Positions 1-6,826 of a stretch of DNA of 14,716 nucleotides are shown here, piece by piece. How positions within the stretch are numbered: the stretch's first letter is position 1; the number at the start of each line of letters is the position of its first letter. Source of the stretch: Candidatus Methylomirabilota bacterium (GTDB taxonomy: Bacteria > Methylomirabilota > Methylomirabilia > Rokubacteriales > CSP1-6); the NCBI GenBank assembly GCA_046726415.1, contig JBKPAK010000123.1:1-14716 (forward strand). The letters are read 5' to 3'. A model generated the notes under the pieces. The model saw only the letters and a program-made list of their open reading frames with translations. It ran no database searches and was not told the origin of the DNA. Both the position numbers and the translations under genes were made by a program.

Positions 1-132
1 GCTGTCGTCCAGGGTCATCGGTCCATCCTCCCCAGGGTGAGTTCTTGGCGGGACTTCCACTCTGGGAAGGATAGGGCAGATGGCCCTCTTCTTTTTCCGT
101 CGCGGGTGTCAACACCTTTGCGACTCAGTGCA
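1..132 (-). mobile_element. Probable left end of an insertion sequence (IS481-like) with the first 6 codons of a putative transposase running off the window
   Basis: The minus strand reads TGCACTGAGTCGCAAAGGTGTTGACA (132->107), which resembles IS481-family termini. A GGAGG RBS (31-27) precedes ATG at 18 (MTLDDS...). Only 6 codons are visible, so the family call is recalled similarity. Confidence 0.4.
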
Positions 133-134
133 GT

Positions 135-1295
135 CTAGGCCGGAACCGATACCCGCTGACCGAACCGCGACAGCAGCGTGGCGCCGGCGGCCATCAGGGC
201 CGCGAGAACGATCACCGCCGTCCCGATCCACGGAATGAGACCCACGACGACGAGCACGGCGCCCCCGAGCGCCGCGGCCTTGAGAGGGGTCTTGTTCTCC
301 TGGAGCAGCGGAATCCTTTCTCCGAGCCAGAGGGCGCAGACCGTGATCCCGAAAAGGAAGAGCGCGATGAGGAGCATCACCGCGACAGGAATCAGCGGGA
401 TGCCGATGATCGTCACGGCCAGCAGCACGCAGAGCGGGACGAATCCCAGGAGCAGGGCGAGGCCCGCCAGCGACGAGATCCCCGGTCGGCTCGCGAGAAA
501 CGTCCTGACGCTCGCGACGCGGGTGGGGAAGGCGAGGACGACGAGCAGCACAATCACGAAGACCAGGAGAGCGCGCGTCCAGGCGAAGCTGACCAGGAGA
601 GCGGAGGCCCACAATGGCGACAGCAAGCCCACGATCCACGCGACCGGCTCCCCGCCGACGCTGACGTTGCTCCCACCGAGGCGGGCCCCTTCTTGCACCG
701 TGACGGTGCCACCGATCGCGACGGCGTCGCCGTCCACGCGCGACTCCGGGTGAAGCTTCACGGACCCACCGACCGCCACGGCCTCTCCGAGCACATGCCC
801 CAGGACCGTGACGGAGCCGCCGACGGCGACGACCTTCGTGACGACCTCGTTCGCTTCGACGCGCGCGGAGCCGCCGACGACCACACGTTCACCCTTGTCC
901 TCATCGCGGCTTCGTCCGGATTTCCGCTCACGCACCGGATCGCCTGACGCCGCCGCAGTGTCCGGTCGTACCTTGAGAACACCGTCGGCGAAGGTCGCCC
1001 GGAGCGCGCCGGCTTCGAGGACCAGGTTCAGCGCTTCGTCCGCGGGCCGCCTCCTGATCTGGATCGCGAGCGCGCGCGAGCGTGCGCTCTCGGGGGCGGT
1101 GACCACGAGGCTCCAGCCGGCCTGCTTCGAGATCGCGTCCAAGGCGTCCAGGACGGTCCCACGCGTCTGGTCGATCGACACGAGGGGAACCTTGTCGGGA
1201 AGTCGGCCTTCCAGGCGCACGGTCTCCGCGCCGACGTGGCCGGCGCCGAGGATGACCGCGATGACGAGAAAGGCGATCGGCGCCGCTGTCCCCAT
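135..1295 (-). CDS. Exported/membrane protein: signal peptide, STN-like domain, bactofilin-like VxVGG repeats and multi-pass C-terminal membrane domain
   Basis: Hydrophobic N-terminus ending in GHVGA-E. STN-like segment VSID...TVLDALDAISKQAGWSLVV...DEALNLVL...GVLKVRP. Five repeats: VVVGGS, VAVGGS, VAVGGS, VAIGGT, VSVGG. About 5-6 hydrophobic helices including LAVTIIGIPLIP. RBS AAGGAGAG upstream. Confidence 0.8.
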   Translation of the reverse strand: MGTAAPIAFLVIAVILGAGHVGAETVRLEGRLPDKVPLVSIDQTRGTVLDALDAISKQAGWSLVVTAPESARSRALAIQIRRRPADEALNLVLEAGALRATFADGVLKVRPDTAAASGDPVRERKSGRSRDEDKGERVVVGGSARVEANEVVTKVVAVGGSVTVLGHVLGEAVAVGGSVKLHPESRVDGDAVAIGGTVTVQEGARLGGSNVSVGGEPVAWIVGLLSPLWASALLVSFAWTRALLVFVIVLLVVLAFPTRVASVRTFLASRPGISSLAGLALLLGFVPLCVLLAVTIIGIPLIPVAVMLLIALFLFGITVCALWLGERIPLLQENKTPLKAAALGGAVLVVVGLIPWIGTAVIVLAALMAAGATLLSRFGQRVSVPA

Positions 1296-1337
1296 AGTCC
1301 ACTCTCCTTCGCCGGGAGTACGGGTGGACCGGCCGGC

Positions 1338-1730
1338 TTATTTCACGGCCACCGGAGATCGCACCCGGAGGAGAGCCACGACGAACAGCAGCCAGACGAC
1401 GGAGACCAGCACCGACGAGGCCAGGACGAGCGGCGGCACGAGCGACAAGACGATCCCGATCCCGTACATCCACTTCGCGACGCTCGACATCGTGACCGCG
1501 ACCCAGGCGATCGTTCCAGCCCTGAAAGCGGAACGGAGGAGGATCGCGGCGAGCCCGAAAGCACCTGCGGCCGCAACGATCCCGATGAAGACTTCCCGCC
1601 GGTAACGGGCTTCCAGCCCCTCGAGATACCGTCGGCGCGCGCCAGCGAGAAAATCCGGGGATGGCTCCGGGATCGGCACGGTTCGGAGCAGCGCGGTGAG
1701 CCGCTCGTCCTCGTCGCGAAGCTGGTTCAT
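1338..1730 (-). CDS. Small membrane protein, putative anti-sigma factor
   Basis: Start overlaps the sigma stop codon (ATGA, 1730-1727). Short cytoplasmic helix, a PEPSPDF linker, then 2-3 hydrophobic segments. No HxxxCxxC zinc motif. Confidence 0.7.
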   Translation of the reverse strand: MNQLRDEDERLTALLRTVPIPEPSPDFLAGARRRYLEGLEARYRREVFIGIVAAAGAFGLAAILLRSAFRAGTIAWVAVTMSSVAKWMYGIGIVLSLVPPLVLASSVLVSVVWLLFVVALLRVRSPVAVK

Positions 1731-2302
1731 GCGCGAGACCCTGCCGCGTGCTCGAGCGTCTCTCTGAGCCGCGCACGTCCTCGGTGGAGCCAGGTCATCA
1801 CGGTGCCCATGGGGACCTCGAGCGCCGCTGCGATGTCCCGGTAGGACATTTCCTCGAGATGAAAAAGGAACATCGCTTCCCTCGGCCCCTCGTCGAGATC
1901 AGCAAGTGCTCGCTCCAAGCGTGAGAGCTCCTCTTTGAGCAACACCTCTCGCTCCGGACCTGGCGCCGGATCGACGATCACGGGAATCCCTTCGGCGTGG
2001 GGCATCGCCTTCTCCCGCCGCAGCAGGTCGAGACAGAGCCGGCGGGCGATGGCGAAGAGCCACGGCAGCAGCGGGCGCTCGGGGTCGAACCGCTCGAAGT
2101 GGACGAAGGCCCGGACGAAAGTCTCCTGGGCGAGGTCCTCGGCAGTCGAGCTACGGAGCATCCGCCAGCACAGATGGTAGACCGGGCGCTGAAATCGAAC
2201 CACGAGCTGGTCGAAGGCCGCCAGATCCCCGCGGTGCGCCCGTCGCGCAAGCGCGAGCTCTGCGTGCGGGTCGGACGCTTCCACCCTCGCGCGCGGCGCC
2301 AT
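1727..2302 (-). CDS. ECF (sigma-70 group IV) RNA polymerase sigma factor
   Basis: Region 2: GDLAAFDQLV...AEDLAQETFVRAF...PWLFAIARRLCLDLLRR. Region 4: REAMFLFHLEEMSYRDIAAALEVPMGTVMTWLHRGRARLR. Confidence 0.95.
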   Translation of the reverse strand: MAPRARVEASDPHAELALARRAHRGDLAAFDQLVVRFQRPVYHLCWRMLRSSTAEDLAQETFVRAFVHFERFDPERPLLPWLFAIARRLCLDLLRREKAMPHAEGIPVIVDPAPGPEREVLLKEELSRLERALADLDEGPREAMFLFHLEEMSYRDIAAALEVPMGTVMTWLHRGRARLRETLEHAAGSRA

Positions 2303-2347
2303 GCGCGATCTCTAGTACCACTCCGTCATCACCGTCTGCTCAGAGGA

Positions 2348-2374
2348 TACGGACCATCCCTTGGAGATATTTCA
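2348..2374 (-). promoter_or_regulatory. Candidate ECF-type (SigW-like) promoter of the sigma operon
   Basis: Minus strand TGAAAT-N17-CGTA (2374-2369 and 2351-2348), close to the B. subtilis SigW consensus TGAAAC-N16-CGTA. It lies about 45 nt upstream of the sigma ATG. Confidence 0.35.
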
Positions 2375-3859
2375 GCTCTCGCCCCGGCTGCGCGCGGCCG
2401 ACGCGCCGGCGAGGCGGCCGAACACGGCGCCGGAGACGAGGCCAGCGCCGCTCGGGTAGTTGAAGTAGAAGATCCCGCCGACCATCTCACCGGCGGCGTA
2501 GAGCCCCGCGATCTTGGCGGCATCGTGATCGAGCACCTGGCCGTCCGCGTCGATGCGAAGACCGCCGAAGGTGAAGGTGATCCCGCACGTCGTCGCGTAC
2601 GCCTCGAAGGGTGGCTGGTCGATCGCGTTGGCCCAGTTCGACTTCGCGGGCTCGAGGCCGACGGTGCGGCGGCCATCCCTCGTGTACGGATCGAAGGGCA
2701 CGTCGCCTTTTATGGCCGCGTTGAAGGCGCGCACGGTCCGAAGGAAGCCCTCGGCATTCACGTCTTCGAGCTTCGAGGCCAGCTCCTCGAGGGTCTGCGC
2801 CCGCACTTTGGTGACGCGCGAGATGCCGTACTCGGGGCGCAGCAGGTGGAGCACCTTCGCATCGAAGACCTGCCAGGCGAACTGCCCCGGCTGCTCGAGG
2901 ACCGCGCGGCCGTACTTCGCGTAGGTGAAGCTGTGAAAGTCGGCGCCCTCGTCGACGAAACGCTGGCCGTCAGCGTTGACGAGGATGCCGAGGGGATAGC
3001 TGTGCTTCTCGAACTGGTCGCCGATGGCGAGCTCGCCGAACTCGGGTGCGTTCCGGTCCCAGCCACACGCGTGGCAGCCCGACCAGTTCCCGAAGGGGCT
3101 GGCGCCGATCTCGAGGGCCATGCGCAGGCCGTCGCCGGTGTTGAAGCGCGTGCCGCGCACCTTGGCCAGCTCCCAGCCCGGCCCGAGATAGCGCGTCCGC
3201 CACTCGGCGTTGGCCTCGAAGCCGCCGCAGGCGAGCACGACCGCCCGCGCGGTCAGATCACGAACCTTTCCACCGCTGCGGACCCGCACGCCGTCCACGC
3301 GCACACCGTCCCACAGCAGCGACAGGGCCCGAGTGTCGTAGAGGATCTCGATGTCACGCCGGCGGGCCGCCGCGGTCAGTGACTGGACGAGCCCCGCGCC
3401 ACCGCCGGAGGCTTCGATGGGAAGGCCGCCGAAGAATTTCCATCGTCCACCGACCTTGCCGGCCTGGCGTCCGTAGATCGGAACGAACCGTGCGCCCTGG
3501 CCACGCAGCCAGATCATGGTGTCGAGGCTCCGCGTGACGAGCAGCTCGACGAGGGTGGGATCGGTGCGGTACTGGGTCAGGCGGAAGAGGTCGTCGAAGT
3601 ACTGGGCGCGAGTGTAGGTACCGAAGTCGGCGCCGGCGACCTCCTCGTCGGTAAGATCGGCGACCTTCCGGAGATCGTCGACTCCGTCGAAGGCGAAGCG
3701 CATGACGCCGCCGGCGAACCGGCTGTTGCCTCCTGCCTCCGCTTCCGGGGCGCACTCGAGCACAACCACGCTGGCGCCATGCTCGCGTGCGGACAGGGCG
3801 GCACAGAGGGCGGCGTTGCCGGCTCCCACCACGATGACGTCGTGCTCCGGACTACCTAT
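2372..3859 (-). CDS. tcuA: FAD-dependent tricarballylate dehydrogenase TcuA-like flavoprotein (FAD_binding_2 family); start codon uncertain
   Basis: Motifs HDVIVVGAGNAA (Rossmann), GGNSRF, VVLACGGFEAN, RGTRFNTGDG, HSYPLGILVN, TYAKYG, GITFTFGGL, GLYAAGE, NYPSGAGL. The first canonical start (GTG 3832) lies inside the first beta strand. The frame stays open past ATA at 3859. No tcuB is adjacent, so the substrate is unproven. Confidence 0.8.
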   Translation of the reverse strand: MGSPEHDVIVVGAGNAALCAALSAREHGASVVVLECAPEAEAGGNSRFAGGVMRFAFDGVDDLRKVADLTDEEVAGADFGTYTRAQYFDDLFRLTQYRTDPTLVELLVTRSLDTMIWLRGQGARFVPIYGRQAGKVGGRWKFFGGLPIEASGGGAGLVQSLTAAARRRDIEILYDTRALSLLWDGVRVDGVRVRSGGKVRDLTARAVVLACGGFEANAEWRTRYLGPGWELAKVRGTRFNTGDGLRMALEIGASPFGNWSGCHACGWDRNAPEFGELAIGDQFEKHSYPLGILVNADGQRFVDEGADFHSFTYAKYGRAVLEQPGQFAWQVFDAKVLHLLRPEYGISRVTKVRAQTLEELASKLEDVNAEGFLRTVRAFNAAIKGDVPFDPYTRDGRRTVGLEPAKSNWANAIDQPPFEAYATTCGITFTFGGLRIDADGQVLDHDAAKIAGLYAAGEMVGGIFYFNYPSGAGLVSGAVFGRLAGASAARSRGES

Positions 3860-3907
3860 GGCTCCTGAAGGCGGAGTCTAGCAGCCCTCCGGTATACTCG
3901 CCCGACC

Positions 3908-4186
3908 ATGACCCGACATTTCGGCGTGCTGATTCCTTCCACGAACACGACGGTCGAGATCGAGTGCCGGCTCTTGCCGGCGACCTACCAGGCGCACGTC
4001 GGGCGCCTCAAGTCGAGTGGCGGCGGGAGCTTTTCGCCGAGCCGGGACGAGGACATCGACTATCAGTCGCACCTGCTGGGGACCGCCAAGGTCGAGATGG
4101 TGATCCTGGCCCAGACATCGGCCAGTCTCGTTGCCGACGACTACGACGACGTCGTCACGAAGCGGATGAGCGCCGGCGGCGGATAG
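3908..4186 (+). pseudogene. N-terminal fragment of a maleate cis-trans isomerase/arylmalonate decarboxylase (Asp/Glu racemase superfamily) protein
   Basis: FGVLIPSTNTTVEIE is the typical N-terminal motif, followed by HVGRL and ILAQTSAS. It stops at 92 aa, while family members are about 240 aa. I found no continuation in other frames. Confidence 0.75.
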
Positions 4187-4466
4187 ATGGAATGAAGCGG
4201 TGGCTGGCCACCCGCTCTCCGCACCCCGGCGGGCCGAGGGTTGAGGATGCCACCATTGTAGATCAAGGTCCCGCTGAACCCCGCCGGCCCTACGATGGTA
4301 TCCGAGAGCTGGGCGGCCGCGCCCGGGAAGCCGCCCTCACACAATCCCCAGCGCCGCGTAGGCGCGCACCGCCCGCGCGAGCTGCATGCGGGCCTCGGAG
4401 CGCTTTCGTTGAGCTGGGCGGCGACGAGGGCGGCCGTGAGGAGGGGGCGTTTAGGGAACAGATCCA

Positions 4467-4535
4467 TCATTCGATGACCTGATCCGCTCGCAGAAGGATC
4501 GACTGCGGGACCGTGAGGCCGAGGGCCTTGGCAGT
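4467..4535 (-). pseudogene. C-terminal remnant of an ABC transporter substrate-binding protein (ABC_sub_bind type)
   Basis: The minus strand translates TAKALGLTVPQSILLRADQVIE*, the characteristic C-terminus of this family. The rest of the gene is absent. Confidence 0.8.
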
Positions 4536-4545
4536 GTAAGGCAGT

Positions 4546-4739
4546 TCACCTCTCCAATAGCAGCAGCGTGATGCTGCCGTCGTCGTTGGACATGATCCGC
4601 TGATGCCGGAGAGCGACCCATGTTCCTTGCGGCGATCGCACCCACCACTGCTCGGTGCCGTCTGGCCGAGTCATTCGGCCATAGTCTCCCGGCCGGTAGG
4701 CGGCTTTCTCAAGTCAATCCTCGCCGTGCGGCCGTTCAT
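4546..4739 (-). pseudogene. Small hypothetical protein gene, frameshifted or with an internal stop near its 5' end
   Basis: Protein-like frame EKAAYRPGDYGRMTRPDGTEQWWVRSPQGTWVALRHQRIMSNDDGSITLLLLER* (stop 4548-4546). The ATG at 4739 (MNGRTARID) is one base out of frame. It is not in the ORF track. Confidence 0.45.
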
Positions 4740-4829
4740 GGGCCATCCGGCTGACCCACTATGGCCGCCAGGGCGATGGTCAATGTGATGTGCCGTCACG
4801 CGCCGTAGGTCTCCGTCTGCCCTCGCCCA

Positions 4830-5195
4830 TCAAATCCACACATCGCTCGCGGCGGTGCGCTCACCGCCCTCATGGCCGGTGTTGAGCACCCCGCGCGGTT
4901 CGATGAGGAGCAGTTTGACCTCGTGTTCCGCGTAGGGCTTGTGCTCGATGCCCTTGGGAACGATAAACATCTCGCCCGCCCCAACATGAACTGTCCCATC
5001 GCGGAAATCGATCCGCAGATCGCCATCGATCACGATGAACGTCTCGTCAGTATCTTTGTGATCGTGCCAGACGAAGTCGCCCTGCAGCTTCACGACCTTG
5101 AATTGATAGTCGTTCATCTCGGCGATGACTTTAGGCTGCCATCGTTCCTCGAACAGTCCGAACTTCTGGCGAAAGTTGATCGCGGTGTACCGCAT
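4830..5195 (-). CDS. Cupin domain protein (mannose-6-phosphate isomerase-like cupin_2)
   Basis: Motifs WQPKVIAEMNDYQFK, FVWHDHKDTDETF and GEMFIVPKGIEHKP. ATG at 5195 with GGAGAAGGG upstream. Confidence 0.92.
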   Translation of the reverse strand: MRYTAINFRQKFGLFEERWQPKVIAEMNDYQFKVVKLQGDFVWHDHKDTDETFIVIDGDLRIDFRDGTVHVGAGEMFIVPKGIEHKPYAEHEVKLLLIEPRGVLNTGHEGGERTAASDVWI

Positions 5196-5221
5196 GTCCC
5201 TTCTCCGTTCCATGGGTCGGG

Positions 5222-6079
5222 CTATGCGGTGAGCGTGCCTTCGATGCACGTCACGGCCGAGCCGCCGAGCCAAATGGCGCCGTCATCGGCGAAGCGGACG
5301 AGGACGCGACCGTCGCGGCCAAGGCAGCGACCCTGAGCGGCGACGTAGCGGGAGACGGGCAGCAGCCCGTCGCGCTGGATCAGGGCCGCCACGCATCCGT
5401 TCCCGCTGCCGCATACGGGGTCCTCGGGAACGCCGTCGGCGGGGGCGAACGAGCGGACTTCCAGCTCGGCGGGCGAGCCCGAGGGGTAGAGCCCGAACAC
5501 CGTGACGCCGGTCACGCCCATCGGCGCCAGCGACGCCAGCTTGGCCATGTCGGGCTGGAGCGCGACCACCGCGGAGGCGTCGGGCATTTGCAGGGTGAAC
5601 CACACCGGGCCGACGTCGATGATGCTCGACCTCAGAATGGCGCCGACCGCGATGCCGAGGGCGCTGGCCACGCTGGCGCGCTGCTCGGCAGTGGGCGCGC
5701 GGTGAACGCGGGCCGGCAGCGCGAGGAAGAGCTCGTCGTCGTTGATCCGGAGCGACACGAGCCCGCGGCCACACTCCTGGACCAGGCGGCCCGGCGTCCG
5801 GGGCTTCAGGCCGTGACGGAGCACGGCGTGCGCCGATCCGATGGTCGGGTGACCCGCGAACGGGAGCTCGCTCCTCGGCGTGAAGATCCGGAGCCGGTAG
5901 TCGGCGTCGGCATGGGTGGGCGCGCAGACGAAGGTCGTCTCGGAGAGGTTGGTCCACCCCGCGATGGCCTGAGCCTCCTCCGTGCAGACCTGGTCGCCGT
6001 CGAGCACGACGGCCACGGGATTGCCCTTGAAGGGAATGGCGGTAAAGACGTCGACCTGCTGGAATGCCAGTGTGCGCAT
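5222..6079 (-). CDS. PhzF-family (DAP epimerase fold) isomerase/epimerase
   Basis: Motifs FQQVDVFT..PFKGNPVAVV, WTNLSETTF, YRLRIFTP..ELPFAGHPTIG and EDPVCGSGNG. True start is ATG 6079 with a GAGGG RBS; the longer track ORF overlaps the LysE gene. Confidence 0.93.
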   Translation of the reverse strand: MRTLAFQQVDVFTAIPFKGNPVAVVLDGDQVCTEEAQAIAGWTNLSETTFVCAPTHADADYRLRIFTPRSELPFAGHPTIGSAHAVLRHGLKPRTPGRLVQECGRGLVSLRINDDELFLALPARVHRAPTAEQRASVASALGIAVGAILRSSIIDVGPVWFTLQMPDASAVVALQPDMAKLASLAPMGVTGVTVFGLYPSGSPAELEVRSFAPADGVPEDPVCGSGNGCVAALIQRDGLLPVSRYVAAQGRCLGRDGRVLVRFADDGAIWLGGSAVTCIEGTLTA

Positions 6080-6138
6080 GGTTGAGCCCTCTTGCTCGTG
6101 ACATGGACGTTCGTGGCTGCGTGCGGTGACCGTCGCGC

Positions 6139-6735
6139 TCAGGACGTGGCCGCGATCCACACGGCCGTGGCCATCAGTGAGAAGCCCATCAGGGCATTGA
6201 AGCCCCGGAGCCGCGTTCCGACGCCCAGCCATTCGCCCAGGGCAGCGCCCAGCCAGGCCCACGCGACGAGGCTCAGCACACAGGTAACGCTCCACACCGC
6301 ACAGATTAGCGCCGTGCGCGTCGGCACGTTGGCGCCCGGCGCGTAGGCGCTGGCCGTGGCCGCCGCCAGCATCCAGGCCTTGGGGTTGACGTACTGGAAC
6401 ATTGCGGACTGCCAGAAGGAAAGGGGGCGCGCCACGCGGGCGTCGCCCCAACGCGCCGGCCGCAGGAGCAGCCAACCCAGGTAGAGCATGTAGAGTGCCC
6501 CTAGCCACTTGATGGCGCAAGCGGCCGCGGGCAGCGCGAGCAGGAGGCCGGCCACGCCCAGGCTGCCCAGCACGAGCAGCGTGGAAAACCCGAAGGGCAC
6601 CCCTGCGATGTGCGGCACCACTGCGCGAAAGCCGAAATTGGCGCCCGTCGCGGTGGCAATGGTCGTGTTCGGGCCCGGCGTGAACGAGCCGACCATCGAG
6701 AACACGACGAAGGCCCAGAGCTGTGCGGTGTCCAT
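6139..6735 (-). CDS. LysE/RhtB-family amino acid or metabolite exporter
   Basis: Motifs SFTPGPNT, GANFGFR, KWLGALYMLYLGW, FQYVNPKAW and RLRGFNALMG. 198 aa and hydrophobic. Confidence 0.92.
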   Translation of the reverse strand: MDTAQLWAFVVFSMVGSFTPGPNTTIATATGANFGFRAVVPHIAGVPFGFSTLLVLGSLGVAGLLLALPAAACAIKWLGALYMLYLGWLLLRPARWGDARVARPLSFWQSAMFQYVNPKAWMLAAATASAYAPGANVPTRTALICAVWSVTCVLSLVAWAWLGAALGEWLGVGTRLRGFNALMGFSLMATAVWIAATS

Positions 6736-6756
6736 GCGCGGCCCGAAAGCCTCTAC

Positions 6757-6793
6757 ACTGTACCGGCACTGTCTGATACAGTACCGGTACAGT
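6757..6793. promoter_or_regulatory. 37-bp palindromic operator, probable MocR/GabR-family binding site
   Basis: ACTGTACCGGCACTGT-CTGAT-ACAGTACCGGTACAGT. The 16-bp arms match at 15/16 positions and each holds two ACTGT units 11 bp apart. It lies in the divergent intergenic region upstream of the LysE gene. Confidence 0.75.
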
Positions 6794-6826
6794 TGGTTCA
6801 TTGCGGAAGCGAGGTGACAGCCGCGC

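Noticed and set aside
1997-3382. 461-aa plus-strand ORF and similar long antisense ORFs (808-1605, 7008-8441, 7769-8749)
   Set aside because: Shadow frames of real genes in high-GC DNA, with no recognisable motifs.
4552-4591. CTCCAAT...GTTGGAC hairpin as a fourth attC
   Set aside because: Only about 40 bp, lacks a proper L-box arrangement, and lies inside the protein-like minus-strand ORF at 4546-4739.
5222-6079. Phenazine biosynthesis cluster
   Set aside because: No phzA/B/D/E/G in the window. Stand-alone PhzF homologues are widespread.
5222-6769. 515-aa ORF as a LysE-PhzF fusion or extended PhzF
   Set aside because: The extension is an alternative frame over the LysE gene. PhzF has its own RBS and ATG at 6079.
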